The notes below the pieces were generated by a model that saw nothing but the letters and a program-made list of their open reading frames with translations, did not search any database and was not told where the DNA came from. DNA of 63,771 nt, the filler included, from Candidatus Nanoarchaeia archaeon (GTDB lineage Archaea; Nanobdellota; Nanobdellia; Woesearchaeales; DATDTY01): the NCBI GenBank assembly GCA_035290625.1. It is 4 parts of 4 records of this genome, joined end to end, with 100 filler letters (N's around TTAATTAATTAA, not from the genome) between each part and the next. Parts side by side here need not be neighbours in the genome. Positions count along the whole stretch, not along the records: positions 36,359 to 42,603 come from DATDTY010000080.1; positions 42,704 to 63,771 come from DATDTY010000081.1; 2 more parts are not named here. One strand, given 5' to 3'. The position numbers were made by a program, and so were the translations under genes. This document shows positions 36,360 to 49,000 of the stretch, piece by piece. How positions within the stretch are numbered: the stretch's first letter is position 1; every line of letters begins with the position of its first letter.

Positions 36360-39056
36360 ATACCATCGAGAAACTTTGGGGGCTGGTACCAATTCGATGA
36401 CTTCATGCTTAATGCGGAATCCGCTGATCCGGAAGGCGGCAGCATAAATGTGAAGGCGTATCTCTTCGATTCAGAGACTCCTCTTTGTTTTGATGAGGAT
36501 AATGGGATAAATGTTATTCACCAAGGGTTCACGATTCTTGCCAGTCGTAGAACCGATGAAGAAAACCCTTTATACTCCACAGAGTTTGACAGGTGCGACC
36601 CGGACAGCCCAACAAATCTCATGGAGTATTACTGCGATGGAAACGAACTGGTCTCAACCCGAATAGACTGCAGCAATTCAGGAAGGGTATGCATCGATGG
36701 AAGATGTTCTGCTCCCTGTGTTGATACTGATGGGAGAGATTCGCATGTTATCGGGGAGGTTTATGTTGTGGGGGCTGATTCAACATGGGAATCACATACT
36801 GATGAATGCAAGCCCCCATCTCATGACAATCCATACTCTACAATAGCCCTTGAGAACACCTGCCAAGGAAATCAAAGGGCCGTGGAAGAGATATCCTGCA
36901 ATGACGGAGAAGCATGCCTCAGGGGGAGATGTTTAGCATCTGCCCAGTTGGAAGCAGAATTAACAGAGTGCCAGCAATATAATCAGTATGATGGTTATAG
37001 TCTAACGAGCCCCTATGTACAAAACCGAGTCTCACTTGTCAGGCATTATGGTTGGGATGGTTTGGGCGGATTTAGCATCTTGGACCAGCAGGAGGATTTC
37101 TGCACTGATAGCCAGACTGTCCAGGAATTCTTTTGCCAGGAAACATGGGATCAAAATAGTAGGCAATATTTATGGTGGGTGGCTGATCGGATAACGCCCT
37201 GCCCATCGGGTTATTCCTGCAGTGAAGGGAGGTGCAGGCAGGATGAAACGAGGTTCTCCAATAACCAGGGAGACGTTAACAGCGATGGATTAGTAACTGA
37301 AGCTGACCTCATCCAGCTTCGTGAGTGGCTTGAACGAGACTTGGAGCATATTCCTGAGGCAGATATCGATGGAGACGGCCTTGTTGACCCTTATGACGCC
37401 TTTCTGATTTCCCGCTTTCTGGAGACCGGCACTTTTGATTTCCGTTATGCTGTGCGCAACCTTCTTGTTCGTACAGCAACCTCTACAGGGCTGCCCCTGT
37501 CCTCCTTGTACACGTTGGATACAGGAAGAGATGAATGGGTTTCGGGAAGGCTTGAGGAGGGCAATGTGATGTGGCAGATGGAGTACAAGCAGAAAGGCGC
37601 TTCTCGCCAGCAGTGCAGGCCTCCTGTATTGAACATCAAAACCAAGTTCAGGGATCGGGATATAGGCAGGGCTGATCAGATGTACAAGCTCTTTCCTGGC
37701 CTTACAACATATCCTGGGTTTTATGAATTGCGCTACAGAAAGATGCGCTTTACGCCAGATTGCGATGTCTGGGGAGACTTTGAGCTTGGACCTCTTCTGC
37801 GGGAATATTTTATCTATTCAATCTTCAGGCATTTTGGCATTCCTGCTGTAGACCCTGTAGCATTTGCCCAAGTTACTTTTGTATCATCGGATACTGATTT
37901 TGACCAGGGAGAGTCTTATCCCTACCTCATACTCCAGAGGATTGATGAAGAGAAAGATCAAATCCCGTTTGCGTCTCAGTTTTCCTTTGTCCGGTTGATT
38001 GAATCGAGCGACACGGTATGGGATGTTTCAGGAGATGGTTTCTCTGGCGTGTCCATTCAATACAGTGACCTGAGTTCAGAAATGAGCGGGCAAGAAGAAC
38101 TCAGATTTGACCCTGACACTGCCATCAGATATTCCTTATTGTCGGATTTTACCTCGTTGGGAGACATTGCCACTTTGCACAATGTAGATTATGGGCTGCA
38201 GAGCTCAGGCATCTGGAAGCATATTCCTTTTGACTTTGACATATCTTTTTACTGTGACTTTTCTACCAGAGAGGTTCTCAACCGGATTGAGCAACTACCT
38301 TCTGAACTCCAGCCGTTCTACAAACAGGCTTACTACAGGATTGCCAGGGAAATCTTTGACAACCCAGATAACCTCAATTATATGCTTGCTCTTGTGGACA
38401 GCTATCCTTTCAGCGATAACACCGTCAAAATGAAGAACACGATTAAGCTGCGGTTCTATTATTATGCGCTTTATTTCGGCTCCTCCCAATTTGCATCAGA
38501 TCTTGGGCAGGAATATGTTCCTTTTGAGAACCAAGAGGCTTATGTCCGGGAAGCTGTTCGCATAGCTGAACGGGAATCGTTTGATTCTATTTGCATGGAA
38601 AATAGCAGGCATCGCATTTTGCTTGATCTTCCTCTTGTACTTGAATCGCGTTATAAGCAACCAGAGATCGTTCCTGGGCCTCTTGCTGTCAGGCTTACTC
38701 CTCACATCTATGGAGATACTATAAGGATGGCTGTTGGCGACAGGACTCCTCCGATTATTTTCCACGAAGCCAACAATCAGGAGATAACAGGAAGGCGGGT
38801 TGCTGTCTTTTGGAGGGCAGGAGGAGATTCCGAAGGTAATCCCCTTTTTAGTGATGCTCCTAGAGGCTCAGTAACCAATGCCAGAGAGGACCAGAGCCTT
38901 GTCCATCAGGCAGAAAACGGCAGGCCGATATGGTTTGATGCCGGTCCTGTGATCCAATTCAACCAGCCAGGCTATTATGAGCTGCGCATGGCTGTGAAAG
39001 GCTTGGATGGAACCTGGAGCGCTCCTGCGATAGTTACGTATATTATTGGGGAATAA
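36360..39056 (+). CDS. Extracellular protein: Cys-rich repeats, dockerin, CotH-kinase-like domain (5' truncated)
   Basis: CxDxDG..EYYC..CxxGRC repeats; GDVNSDGLVTEADL and ADIDGDGLVDPYD; LREYFIYSIF, HNVDY, WKHIPFDFDISF. Confidence 0.75.
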   Translation: MPSRNFGGWYQFDDFMLNAESADPEGGSINVKAYLFDSETPLCFDEDNGINVIHQGFTILASRRTDEENPLYSTEFDRCDPDSPTNLMEYYCDGNELVSTRIDCSNSGRVCIDGRCSAPCVDTDGRDSHVIGEVYVVGADSTWESHTDECKPPSHDNPYSTIALENTCQGNQRAVEEISCNDGEACLRGRCLASAQLEAELTECQQYNQYDGYSLTSPYVQNRVSLVRHYGWDGLGGFSILDQQEDFCTDSQTVQEFFCQETWDQNSRQYLWWVADRITPCPSGYSCSEGRCRQDETRFSNNQGDVNSDGLVTEADLIQLREWLERDLEHIPEADIDGDGLVDPYDAFLISRFLETGTFDFRYAVRNLLVRTATSTGLPLSSLYTLDTGRDEWVSGRLEEGNVMWQMEYKQKGASRQQCRPPVLNIKTKFRDRDIGRADQMYKLFPGLTTYPGFYELRYRKMRFTPDCDVWGDFELGPLLREYFIYSIFRHFGIPAVDPVAFAQVTFVSSDTDFDQGESYPYLILQRIDEEKDQIPFASQFSFVRLIESSDTVWDVSGDGFSGVSIQYSDLSSEMSGQEELRFDPDTAIRYSLLSDFTSLGDIATLHNVDYGLQSSGIWKHIPFDFDISFYCDFSTREVLNRIEQLPSELQPFYKQAYYRIAREIFDNPDNLNYMLALVDSYPFSDNTVKMKNTIKLRFYYYALYFGSSQFASDLGQEYVPFENQEAYVREAVRIAERESFDSICMENSRHRILLDLPLVLESRYKQPEIVPGPLAVRLTPHIYGDTIRMAVGDRTPPIIFHEANNQEITGRRVAVFWRAGGDSEGNPLFSDAPRGSVTNAREDQSLVHQAENGRPIWFDAGPVIQFNQPGYYELRMAVKGLDGTWSAPAIVTYIIGE

Positions 39057-39089
39057 ATTTATATATATCTCTGATACTTCAACTCTTCT

Positions 39090-39392
39090 ATGGCAAAGGT
39101 AAAGGTTGCTTCTATCCATGACATTCCTGAAGGAGAGGTCAGGAAGGTTGAGGCAAATGGCATTGAGATTGCCCTCTCCCATGTAGATGGCGCATTCCAT
39201 GCAGTGCAGCATCAATGCCCTCACAAAGGCGGGCCTCTTGGAGAGGGGTTTCTGGAAGGCGGTGTTTTAAACTGCCCCTGGCATGGCTGGCGGTTTGATG
39301 TGACGACAGGCAAGTCAAAGTATGATGAGAAGATCAAGATCAAGACCTTTCCTGTTAGTGTTCAGGGAGAGGATGTTTTTGTAGAGGTTTGA
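39090..39392 (+). CDS. Rieske [2Fe-2S] ferredoxin
   Basis: CPHKGGPL and CPWHGWRFD. Confidence 0.95.
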   Translation: MAKVKVASIHDIPEGEVRKVEANGIEIALSHVDGAFHAVQHQCPHKGGPLGEGFLEGGVLNCPWHGWRFDVTTGKSKYDEKIKIKTFPVSVQGEDVFVEV

Positions 39393-39431
39393 ATCCTTAA
39401 AGTGTTAAGTAAAGTTGTTAACTTCCCAATC

Positions 39432-39592
39432 GGGCTTTTTGCAGGGGCTTATCAGGGATGCCGCCGAGTTCGCTTCCAGTTTCCTTTGTTCATATCGACA
39501 TTCCCCGGGTTGGACGACCCCCTTGTCGATGTGCTTCTTTTTGGCTGCAAAGCTCACAAAAAAGGCGGCACCCTTCCCCCTGCAAAAAGCCC
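39432..39592 (-). repeat. Structured intergenic repeat, copy 12
   Basis: GGGCTTTTTGCAGGGG outer IR; minus strand GT-GA-GCTT/AAGC-GA-AC and ATCGACA/TGTCGAT. Confidence 0.9.
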
Positions 39593-39690
39593 CGAGGTAC
39601 TTGGAAACTCTACTTAACTCAAAGAAAACTTTTATAAACCAGGATGGTTTCACTATTGTTATCATTTTTCAAAACAAGGGAGGAAAACTT

Positions 39691-40299
39691 ATGGTACACG
39701 AACTGCCAAAACTTGCGTATGATTTTAATGCGTTAGAGCCATATATAGATACAGAAACAATGAAGCTCCATCATGGCAAACACCATGCCGGCTATGTTGC
39801 GAAGCTGAATGCTGCCCTGGAGAAATACCCCAAGCTTCAAGGGAAGGACGTGAAGGAATTATTGAAGGATTTGAACGCTATCCCTGAAGAAATACGGACT
39901 GCCGTCAGGAACAATGGGGGAGGGCATGCAAACCACAGCTTGTTCTGGGCCATCATGGCGCCAAAGGCAGGAGGAAATCCGTCTGGAAAGATTGGCAAGG
40001 CGATTACAAAAGCGTTTGGCAGCTTTGAAGCATTCAAGGAGAAGTTTTCAGATGCTGCTGCAACACGGTTTGGATCTGGATGGGCATGGCTTGTTGTTGA
40101 TAAGGGAAAACTTGCAATCATGAGCACCGCAAACCAGGACAGCCCGCTCTCAGAAGGGAAGATCCCTGTTCTTGGATTGGACGTATGGGAACATGCGTAT
40201 TATCTTAAGTACCAGAACAAGCGGCCTGACTACATTGCTGCATGGTGGAATGTGGTGAACTGGAAGCAGGTTGAAGAAAACTTGACTAAGGCGATGTAA
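39691..40299 (+). CDS. sod: Fe/Mn superoxide dismutase
   Basis: [31 protein letters not shown]. Confidence 0.97.
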   Translation: MVHELPKLAYDFNALEPYIDTETMKLHHGKHHAGYVAKLNAALEKYPKLQGKDVKELLKDLNAIPEEIRTAVRNNGGGHANHSLFWAIMAPKAGGNPSGKIGKAITKAFGSFEAFKEKFSDAAATRFGSGWAWLVVDKGKLAIMSTANQDSPLSEGKIPVLGLDVWEHAYYLKYQNKRPDYIAAWWNVVNWKQVEENLTKAM

Positions 40300-40326
40300 G
40301 AACAGTTCCATGATTGTTGCATTCTT

Positions 40327-40740
40327 TTATCTCTTCTCTTTTATTTTTCTTTTATACCCTTCAATCGCCTTTCTTGCGGAATCCACAAGAGGCAGCTTCA
40401 AGGCTTCATCAATCGTGTACCAGCCATAGGTGAGTATTTCCTCGTTTGGGGTTATATCTGTCTGCATTGCCCTGGCAGCGTAGGTGATGAAATGAAATCC
40501 CATCTTGGGATCTATGAAATCCTTGCTTGGCTGCTTTTCGCTCTCTCCTAATCTAACCAAATCGGAGATTTCAATAGCAAGCTCTTCATTAATCTCCCTC
40601 CTGAGCGCTCTCTCTTCTGTCTCTCCGTCCTCAATCCTTCCTCCTGGGACGATGTATCCGTTCCATTTCGGGGAGGTCATCAGAAAAATCTTACCAGAAA
40701 GGCTATAGAGCACTGCTCCGACACAGGTTTTTATGGGCAT
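40327..40740 (-). CDS. NUDIX hydrolase
   Basis: PGGRIEDGETEERALRREINEEL. Confidence 0.92.
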   Translation of the reverse strand: MPIKTCVGAVLYSLSGKIFLMTSPKWNGYIVPGGRIEDGETEERALRREINEELAIEISDLVRLGESEKQPSKDFIDPKMGFHFITYAARAMQTDITPNEEILTYGWYTIDEALKLPLVDSARKAIEGYKRKIKEKR

Positions 40741-40767
40741 CTCCGCAAGTTCTCCTTATGTCTTGGG

Positions 40768-41250
40768 TCAATCAGGCCCGGGCATGGCAGCTCTCTTAAC
40801 ATCTCTTTGGAGGCTAGGCCCCACCTTTTCCTCCAGAACTTTGTAAAACGCTGCAGGGCCAAAGGTTTTTCCTGAATGGACTGCAGCTAGGGCATCCTCA
40901 TAGGAAAACCATTGGTGAGTTTGATCCACGGAATCAAATTTGTCGGGGATATCCAAAACAACTATCTTGCTTGAGACAGCTTCCTCTCCAGTCAATGCTT
41001 CCACGCAATAGTTTTCCAGGATGAAAGTTTTCATATATTCTTCCATCACGAAAATCTGGTCAGCCCGCTCAATGTGATTTGTTTCCAACTGAACGCCCCT
41101 GCCATTGATCCTCCCCCATGGTTTGATGCCTGCAGACTGCACTTCTGCATCTAACGAGTGGTCTTTACAGTACTGAACAAGCCATTCTTCAGCAGCCGGG
41201 CTTCGGTACAGGTTCTGCCCGCACACGAATAAATAGGCTGGCTTTTTCAT
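40768..41250 (-). CDS. Low-molecular-weight protein tyrosine phosphatase-like protein
   Basis: LFVCGQNLYRS, VQSAG, ADQIFVME, LDIPD. Confidence 0.88.
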   Translation of the reverse strand: MKKPAYLFVCGQNLYRSPAAEEWLVQYCKDHSLDAEVQSAGIKPWGRINGRGVQLETNHIERADQIFVMEEYMKTFILENYCVEALTGEEAVSSKIVVLDIPDKFDSVDQTHQWFSYEDALAAVHSGKTFGPAAFYKVLEEKVGPSLQRDVKRAAMPGPD

Positions 41251-41254
41251 CTTG

Positions 41255-41473
41255 TTACTCCAGGACTTCGATCATCTTCTTTTTTGATGTGAGTCCAGAA
41301 ACAATCTTAATTCTCCTCTTCTCTTTCTTATAAAACAATTTCACCAATTCAAGATTGGCTTTATTATTCTCGGGCTTTGATTTTACCCTGCAAATATACG
41401 CATGCAGATCTTTATCGAAGCTGAGCGAAGAATCCTTTGAATTCGGCTTGACAACCACTGACCACCTAGTCAT
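41255..41473 (-). CDS. DUF167/YggU family protein
   Basis: VKPNS, PENNKANLELVK, IVSGLTSKKK. Confidence 0.88.
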   Translation of the reverse strand: MTRWSVVVKPNSKDSSLSFDKDLHAYICRVKSKPENNKANLELVKLFYKKEKRRIKIVSGLTSKKKMIEVLE

Positions 41474-41786
41474 AATCCCGCCAGGTGTGCTTACACTTGG
41501 TGCATCTCAGGAACTTGGTTTCAGGCTCATCCCCTGCCCGGGTCTGGACAAGCCAGTAATAGGCTTCAGTATTTTTGCACTGGCTGCACTCAGCCTTGGT
41601 GATGGGAAGGGTATGCTCCTGATCTGCGGTTATAACTCCCACACTTGGCCTTCCTGACTGGACTCTCTCTTTTATCTTCGCTTCCTGCTTTTTATCTTTT
41701 GACTTATAGCCGCAGCTACAGTAGAGGATCTTCTTTGACCCTTCAAGCTTTGGCCGCAGCAGCGAGCCGCATTTTGGGCAAAACAT
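41466..41786 (-). CDS. tfs: Transcription factor S (TFS/RpoM)
   Basis: MFCPKCGS; QTRAGDEPETKFLRCTKCKHTWR. Confidence 0.95.
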   Translation of the reverse strand: MFCPKCGSLLRPKLEGSKKILYCSCGYKSKDKKQEAKIKERVQSGRPSVGVITADQEHTLPITKAECSQCKNTEAYYWLVQTRAGDEPETKFLRCTKCKHTWRDYD

Positions 41787-41787
41787 G

Positions 41788-42414
41788 TTAGTGGAAGAGG
41801 CTGATGAGATCAACAAAAATAATCTTGATCCAGCCAATAAAAGGTATCCTGAAAAAGGCGGTTCCGAGGATCTGATCCTCGCTTATGCCGGTCTCATCAA
41901 TGATCCTGAGCGCCTGTGGATTTCCCTTGGGAACCCTTGTTCCGTCAGCCAGCCGGTACTCAATAATTGAGTCCGGGTTATTGTCCCCCTTTGTTTGAAA
42001 AGACTCTCCTGTGCCAACGACCCGATGGATGATGGGATCTGGACGCAGGGTTTTGAACACGATTATATCCCCCCTTTTTATATTTTGTGCTTCTTTCCCC
42101 CAGAGGATGATAATGTCTCCCTTATTGAAGCCCGAAGAGAGCGTATAGCCCCTGAATTCATCCTTTGAGATGCCTTTGGCCTCATACCACTGCCCCTGCT
42201 GCTCCCACCAGGCGTTGAAATTGCCGGTATGCTCCATGCTTTTCGAGACGACAGCAACCACAGGAAAAGGGGTTCCCAAGAGCAAGCCTAGCCCAGGGTA
42301 GACAACAAATTTTATCAGCACAAACGCAAGCACAGCATTTGCAATCCAGGACCAGACGCTGTCCTCCACCCAGAGGAAATGCCAGAGCTGCTTTGCAGCC
42401 TTCCTGATATCCAT
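41788..42414 (-). CDS. Signal peptidase I (Sec11 type)
   Basis: VVSKSMEH, GDIIVF, PIIHRVV, TKGDNN. Confidence 0.92.
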   Translation of the reverse strand: MDIRKAAKQLWHFLWVEDSVWSWIANAVLAFVLIKFVVYPGLGLLLGTPFPVVAVVSKSMEHTGNFNAWWEQQGQWYEAKGISKDEFRGYTLSSGFNKGDIIILWGKEAQNIKRGDIIVFKTLRPDPIIHRVVGTGESFQTKGDNNPDSIIEYRLADGTRVPKGNPQALRIIDETGISEDQILGTAFFRIPFIGWIKIIFVDLISLFH

Positions 42415-42458
42415 GGGATAGAGCCTTCTCCGGGCTTTTAAAAAGGTTGTGATTCTGC

Positions 42459-42603
42459 GGTGGCATTGAAAAGTCATGCAATGCCCTTTGTGAGCCTTCT
42501 ATTCAAAGTACAGAACAGCGACAAAGGGGTTGCTCCATACGGGAAATGTCGCTTCCCATGAGAGTATGCACAAGGCGAAGTCGGCATTGCCGAACGAAGT
42601 GAG
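42459..42603 (+). repeat. Structured intergenic repeat, copy 13 (ends at contig break)
   Basis: Close to copy 4 but without the central insert. Confidence 0.92.
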
Positions 42604-42703
42604 NNNNNNNNNNNNNNNNNNNNNNNNNNNNNNNNNNNNNNNNNNNNTTAATTAATTAANNNNNNNNNNNNNNNNNNNNNNNNNNNNNNNNNNNNNNNNN
42701 NNN
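42604..42703. other. Artificial contig linker
   Basis: N-run, TTAATTAATTAA, N-run. Confidence 0.97.
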
Positions 42704-43007
42704 CTATATCAAGCCTCTCCTCTGGTGCAGGCTTTCGGACTATACAAACCCAGGCAGGGAGACAACTCGCATCTCTCTTGTTTCCAACAGGGATCCCGAT
42801 CATGGAGAGGAACATGTGGTTGGCCTTGGAAGGGATATTGTGAAGATCTTCAAAAAACTCTATCCAAAGATGCATATTTCTTCCGAAGACATCCACGCCA
42901 GCTACTGCAAAAATGCCTGGCATGGCAGAATCACCCTCCGTCAGGAAGCCCTTGCTGCCGGTCTTCATTACAGGCTGTTTGGGTTGAGATTGGTGAAAGA
43001 GATTTGA
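42704..43007 (+). CDS. 3' fragment of an unknown gene
   Basis: Frame open from the gap to TGA; no motif recognised. Confidence 0.4.
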
Positions 43008-43091
43008 CTGATTTTTACTCCTTTAGAATACTCAACAATAGGAATGTTTAAATAGGAGTTATGCCCTTCTTCCTCTGTTAGGGGGAATGAG

Positions 43092-46000
43092 ATGAGACAG
43101 AATGTTTTCAAAACTCTAGTATCTATTATTTCTATGATAGCAATCCTATCATTCTCTGCTTCTGCATGGACTGTCCAATTGTCTTCTCCGCAGAATGGAA
43201 CGAATGTGAGTAATAACAATGTTTTATTCACGTTTAATACAAGCACTGATGCTCCTGATACCCTGAACTTCACCCTCATGGCCAACTTTACAGGAGTATG
43301 GCTCGGGAACAATACAAATTTCACAAATATTGCTTTTCCGGTCGGAAGCACGAGAAGTATAGGCGTAATGATTCCTGATGGTAATTATATATGGAACATC
43401 AATGCTACAAATTTTTCCGATGCGATAGATTACAATTTCTCAGCTGGGAATTTTTCCTTTGCTATGGATAACAGACCTCCAAGTGTATCCTTCCTTGACC
43501 CTCTCAGCCTCGCAAATGTAAGCAGAACAATCAACCTCACCATCGCAGGAACTGATCCAACAACAGGCATCCAATCCCTTCGGGTTCAAAACGGAACAAA
43601 TGGAAACTGGATCCCTCTTTCTTTATCGGCAGGAACAAAAAATGATGGAAACTGGTCAGTTCTGTTCGACACAGCGTCGGTAGCTGATGGGTCATTGAAT
43701 CTTAGGCTAAATGCAACGGATTACGCTGGAAACAGCAATAGCTCTGAGGCCATAACAATAACCATAGACAACACCCATCCAAAAATATTCAAGTACAATG
43801 GAAACGTTGTTAGTAACGCAATTGTCAAAGGGAATATAAGCCTCAACGTAACAGCGAATGATACTTTAACAGGAATCCAGAAATTGAATTTCACCATAAC
43901 TGACAACTCAGGAGAGAGACTGCTCCTTGCAGAAAGGCGCAATGATTTCTGGAATGCGTCAATAGACGCAACAACACTCACTGATGGTGTGCATAATGTA
44001 ACAGCGCAAGCGTATGATCATGCAGGGAATGGGCCGCTCAATCGTGTGGTTATCAGCGAAGTGGCTTTCAATGGACTAGGTTCTGATTCAGCGCTTGGAA
44101 ATGAGTGGATTGAGCTCTACAATCCAACAAGCCAGCCGGTCACCCTTTCAAATTGGACGATTGATCCTCAGGCAGCAGGTTCAACAAATTTCGATATAGC
44201 GAACGCAGTAATCCCCCCTTACTCTGCCATGACCTTCTCAGAAAATACAACATGGTTTACTGCAAATTTTGGGTTCCCGCCTGATAATAGTGATGACGGG
44301 TTTGGAACATTAAGGGACGCAGGAGATACTATCTATCTGAAAAATGCAAGCGGAGGCATAGTTGACAGTGTAGTGTATGGGGATGCCTCCATAACTGGCG
44401 TCACAGCAAATGACGGGGAAACAATCATCCGAAACCCAGTCAGCGGAGACACAGACTCAGAGTCAGACTGGTCCTCAAACAACACAGCAACACCCGGCCA
44501 GGCAGCAAATCCAAGCCATATCACAGTTACAGTTGATAACACGCCTCCAAAGGTAGCAGCATTTAACGGCGCTGTGATCAATAACGCCGACCTTCGATCA
44601 GGAACCTACACCATCAACGCAACCGTAACTGATGCAACAACAGCAGCAAACGCAGTCTACTTTGCAATAATGAATTCAAGCGGAAGCCAATTCCAGACCA
44701 TAACAGCATCAAATGAGGCAGGAAGTTTCTGGAATGCGTCATTTGACACTACAACACTGGCAGATGGAACCTACAACATAACCGCCTACGCCAATGACAG
44801 TCTTGGCAACCTCAACAACACCGAAAGAATAACAGTCGATATTGACAGCACTCCTCCTTCACTCTCTGTTGTAACGCCTCTCAACAATTCTTTCCTTATG
44901 AGTACAACCCCAGAGATAGGATTTAATATAACTGATTCGCTAAGCGGGGTTAACACATCCTCAATTTCATTCAAATATAGGTTCTCCCTGCTTCCACCGC
45001 AGTTTGACATAAGCAATGTTGCCATAACTCCTATTCCAAATGGATTCTATGTCAATGGGACAATAACGGACTTCGGAAGCCAAGGCGTCATCAACATAAC
45101 CGTCAATGCAAAGGATAATGCAACCAACGCAATCCAGCAATTCTCATGGTCATTCACAATATCATTTAATGCTCCCTCAATCCCTTCAGTAACAATAAAC
45201 GACACAGACAATCTCGTTAGGTCATCAGACACGCTCAACATAACCCTGAATGTATCAAGCGAATTTGCACCAATTGCAGCTGTAAACATAAGCAACGCAA
45301 CTGCAATCCAGTTAACCAACATATCCACAGGCATCTGGGCAGCTAATTTCACGCCAAACAATCTCAGCTGCTCGGCAGACGGAGCATGCGCAGTCCACAT
45401 AACAGTGATAGACGCAGCTGGAAACATAAACAGCTCTGAGTCATTCAGCCTTACCATAGACAACACGCTGCCTTCTGTAACAAACCTCCTAATCTCCGAC
45501 ATTGACAACATCACAAGAAGCCAGGACGTCGTAACCTTCAACGTCACAGTTACAGACGCCCATTTCAGCTCAGGAAAAGTCACCTTAGGAAATGCATCCT
45601 TGCTAACCCTTAGGAACAATACACCAACAGTATGGAATATTACAACTCCAGTAAGTTCCTTTGACTGCACCCAGACAGACGGGCCATGCATCCTGACCCT
45701 TGCCGTAGAGGACGACGCAGGAAACATCAACAGATCAGAAAGAATAGCATGGCAAATAGATGATGCCGCTCCAAGAGTCTTCAACATCACAACAAACGAT
45801 TCTAACAATATTGTGAAAAGCACTGAAACGATAAACATATCAGTAAATATTACAGACACAAATGCAATAACAAACGTATCTCTCAATGGAACGCTCCTGT
45901 CAAAATCAGGAAATCGTTTTTCAACTGTAAACTCAACATCCCAATTCTGCCCTGGAGTGACCAATGGCTTCTGCCAGCTCACCTTTAATGCAACTGATAT

Positions 46001-49000
46001 TGCAGGCAATCTCAACAGCTCAGAAACTCTCACATTTATCGTTGACGAGACATCCCCCTCAGTAGCAGCCTTGAGCACCTCTGATTCTGACAACATTGTT
46101 GCTCCAACTACTGTCATCACTCTAACCGCAAACGTCTCTGATAGTAACGGGATTGCATCAGTCTTCTTCAATGACACAATCCCCATGCTTCCTGCATCAG
46201 GCAATCTTTACACTCTCCAGAACACGACATCATATTTCTGCCCTGGCATTAGCGATGGAGCATGCAAGCTGAACTTCACCGCAATTGACTATGCAGGAAA
46301 CAGGAACAGCACACAAACACTCACATTAACCGTCGATAATAGCGCCCCGGCCTCTCCAAACTTCACCCAGACACCTTCAATCGTCACTAACTCTGATAAT
46401 GTAACCCTCAACATCACCTGGACTGATGTAAATGGCATTGCTTCAGTATTGATAGAGCACAATGCAACAGGAAACTTCACAAACGCAACTGTGACAAATG
46501 TCTCTAATGTCTACTCTGCAACAATCCCCTCTTCGCTTATTGATAACCATGAAACGATTGCATGGAGATCAACAGCAAGAGACAATGCAGGAACAACAAC
46601 AACCACTTCTCTCATGTTCTTCACAGTAACCAACAGAGCTCCAAACTCAAGCTCTATCCTCCCCATCGCCTGGCAGGAAGAGACAACCACGAGCATTAAC
46701 CTCTCCATCTACTTTGCTGATTCAGATGGTGACTCCCTGATATTTAGCATAACCAATCCGCCTGAAAGAATTAATGCAGCAATCAATGGGCAGATTGTAA
46801 CCCTCACAGCGCCTTCGAACTTCTTTGGGCTTGATTACATCGTCTTTAATGCAACAGACAGCTTCCTGTCCAACCTATCCAATAATGTGACTTTGAATGT
46901 TACAGATATCAATGATGCTCCTGTTGTCTCAGCAGTATCCGATATCGCGCTCCAGGAAGACACCTCAAACACAACCCTGAACCTCAGCAGCCTTGTAAAT
47001 GACTCAGACACTCCAAAATCCAGCATCACCTGGTCCGCAACCATCATCAACAATCCAAACATCTCAGTCCTGATTAATCAAAGCACAAAGATTGCAAATA
47101 TCTCCTCTTCAAACAACTTCACTGGCACAGCAAAGCTCTTCTTCACTGCGAATGATGGGGCTGCCTCAGCAGACACCAACCTTATCACAGTCAATGTAAC
47201 GCCAATTAACGATCCTCCAACAGCCACTCTCTTGCTCAGCCCCGGCCTCAATGCCCTTGTCGGGCCAAACGTCAGCCTGACTTGGTCTCCAGCAAGCGAT
47301 ATTGATGGTGTTGTCTCATACCTCGTCGTCCTAAACGCATATCCCAATCCAAATACTACTGCAGCCCAGACGACATCGGCAGCAGCTGACATCACCAGCC
47401 TTGCTGACCAAACCTATTATTGGAGAGTCATTTCAACAGATGGAAGCCTCAATACCACGTCTGAAACACGGAATTTCACAGTCAGGCTCAATACTCCTCC
47501 AAATATCACCTCAGTCTATCCATCAACAAATCCAACGATAGCAGAAAACCAGACTCAGCGTTTCAACGCTTCCTTCAATGATAGGGAAAATAATATCATG
47601 ACTGCAAACTGGTTTGTGGACAACGTGATCCAATCTGCAGGAGCAAGCTCAGACCTTCAGCTTAACCACAGCTTCTTCAATTACGTTCCTGCATTCAATG
47701 AATCCGGCCAGCGCACCGTCAGGTTTACGGTGATAGACCAGTTTAGCCAGACAACAAACTACACATGGACCATCACAGTCTCAAACTCCAATAGAGCTCC
47801 TCTCTTCACCCACAGCCTTTCCGGCCCTGACGCAAGGGAAGACCTTCCTTACATCTTTGATATCAACTGCACAGATCCTGACAATGATTCAGTAACCTTT
47901 GCAACCACTGCGCCAGGATTCAGCATCTCCGGCGGTAACCTCACATTCATCCCAGGAAATAACAATGTTGGAACTGCTTCTGCCAACATCACCTGCTCTG
48001 ATGGAAGCCTTTCAACCCTGGGCACAGTCTCCTTCCTTGTCATCAACACCAATGATGCGCCGAACATCACGTCATTCTCGCCATCAGCCCAGAAGATCAT
48101 CCTCAACACGCTCCAATCCCAGGCATTCAGCATAACAAGCATAGACAGCGACGTCGGGGATACTGCAGGCCTTGCAACAACATGGCTTGTCAACAATGCA
48201 ACACAAGGAACCGGCTCAACCTTCAGCTTTGGCCCAACAAGCCTGGCAGGAGATTATTCCATCACAGCAAGAGTAAGGGATAACTCAAATGCAGAAGCCT
48301 CACGCGGTTGGAACCTTACTGTAAGCGTTGTTCCAAGATCAGAGAATATCAGTGGAAGCATCTTAAACCTCACTCCCCAGCAAGCCCAGGCAGCAGCCAA
48401 TATCACCATTGAAAAGCCATCTCAGGGCACTATTGATTTCAGGAACAACATCCTAAACCTCACAAATCTTGCAGCTCTTGATGAGGTCGTTAAGATCGAG
48501 CCCGGGATTATTGCCATTGACACAGACCGGGCCCCGCAACTGAACAGATCAGCCCATATCATCATGCGGGGCTTAAGCTTCACATCAACTCCAGCCATCT
48601 ACTATAACAGAGGCTTCAACCTCGGCCTCAATGACTCAAACACCCAGCGCTGCCCTGACAGCCTTTGCTCCAACATAACCTATCAGGCAGGGACACTTGA
48701 GTTTGATGTAGCGCATTTCACCACATTTTTGACAGGAAGCGAGGATCAGCCTCCTCAATTCACCACCTCTCCTCCAACCACCGCAATCATCAATACAACC
48801 GTAGTCTATGATGCAAACGCTGCCGATCCGGAAAATGCTGCAGTAGCCTACCAGCTGCTCCAGGCTCCTGAAGGGATGTCCCTCAATAATGCAACAGGCT
48901 TGATCACATGGAATGCAGCAAGCCTTGGCAGGTTCGATGTTGTCCTTCAGGCATCTGACGGATCACTCGCATCAACCCAAAGCTTTACCATACGGGTCAG

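Noticed and set aside
31863..42703. Three identical TTAATTAATTAA palindromes inside N-runs
   Set aside because: Six-frame-stop linkers used to concatenate contigs; not biological.
45047..46204. Long antisense ORFs opposite the giant surface gene and other core genes
   Set aside because: Shadow frames produced by codon bias of the sense gene; no motifs or promoters.
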